The position numbers were made by a program, and so were the translations under genes. From Chiloscyllium plagiosum (lineage: Eukaryota): a stretch of 64,000 nucleotides of DNA. Under the pieces are notes generated by a model, which saw only the letters and a list, made by a program, of their open reading frames with translations, was not told where the DNA came from and did not search any database. Shown piece after piece: positions 62,951 to 64,000 of the stretch (position 1 is the stretch's first letter; every line of letters starts with the position of its first letter). The DNA lies in contig NC_057719.1 of NCBI RefSeq assembly GCF_004010195.1, forward strand, positions 79,345,678-79,409,677. The letters are read 5' to 3'.

Positions 62951-64000
62951 ACATCTCTGCATGGAACTCTGCTGTACTACTACACATTTTACCATCCTGT
63001 CTTTGCCAGCAACCCTCATTACTATCTGTTACATTAATAGAATTTGTAACATTTGCAAACTTTGTCACTTTGTATGAAAACTTTTCATGAGTGTCCCTTC
63101 AGCACTTTTCAGACGCTAGACCACCAAAAAATAACCAAAGAATTATAGATGCTGGAAACTTGAAACAAAATCAGAAACCTCTGGGAAAACCTCAGCTCTC
63201 AGAAGGGTCACTGGACTTGAAACTCAACTCATCCTTCTCTCCACAGATGCCAGCTTTTCTTAGTAATACCTGATTTTGCAAAGCAGACCCTGCCTGATTG
63301 TCATAATTGTGCGCAATGAGCGGTGGCTGGAAAATAGGCCACAGCCGATTTAGGGGATTAGATTAGATTATTTACAGTGTGGAAACAGGCCGTTCGGCCC
63401 AACAAGTCCACACCGACCTTCCGAAGATGTTGAAGTCAAAATCTAATGGGCTCACGACCTACTCCAGAAAAGCACCAGATCTAAGCCAGTACACTGAAGT
63501 CATATTGAACAAATATTTCGTTGTTAAGGTGCCAACTTTTGGATGAAGTTTTAAATTGAGGGCCCAGTTGTCCCCTTGAGTGAATTACTTTTGTTGATTT
63601 TTATTAGTTGCACTGTTTTTTTAAAAGAAAAAGGCACTTACTACATTTTAATTTTTTTTGTGTTGTAAGTGTGAGGCATTGCATTTTGGAAGCTCTTATA
63701 AAGGTTATACACAAATGGTAGGTCCCTGGGGAGTACTGAGGAACAAAGGTGGTGAGGGTCCAGAGGAGATTCACCAGGATCTTGTCTGGGATAAAAAGTC
63801 TCAGGAGACACAAGGTAGGCTGGTTTATTTTCCCCCTGGAGCAGAGGAGGCTGAGGGGGTGATCTGATTAAAGTATACAAAATTACGAGAGAGTGGATTG
63901 TGAGAACCTTTTCCTCATGGCGGGTGTGCCTCAGACCAGAGGGTTGAACTTATGTTATGGAGGAAGTGGAATGGAAGAGAATCTGAGGAAATGTTTATGC

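Overview
Vertebrate genomic DNA, almost certainly from a shark or ray (abundant HE1/V-SINE-like, Deu-domain SINE, CR1 and Penelope-like repeats; species not determined). The + strand carries the 5' half of a Dbl-family RhoGEF gene most similar to PLEKHG3. It has eight phase-compatible GT-AG coding exons (17844-60248) encoding the N-terminus, the whole DH domain and most of the PH domain, plus a likely short first coding exon at 3073-3109 in a CpG-rich region. The rest is intron, mostly nested transposon debris. The most interesting unannotated signals are two. (1) A 19-nt candidate poison microexon (46847-46865) inside the DH-domain region, with Srrm4-type, Rbfox-type and Nova-type motifs; its inclusion makes the next exon start with TGA. 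(2) Several families of Penelope-like elements whose ends carry minimal hammerhead-ribozyme cores, often as inverted pairs. Family and paralogue names come from recalled consensus features, not from database searches. Repeat boundaries are approximate; exon boundaries were read base by base.
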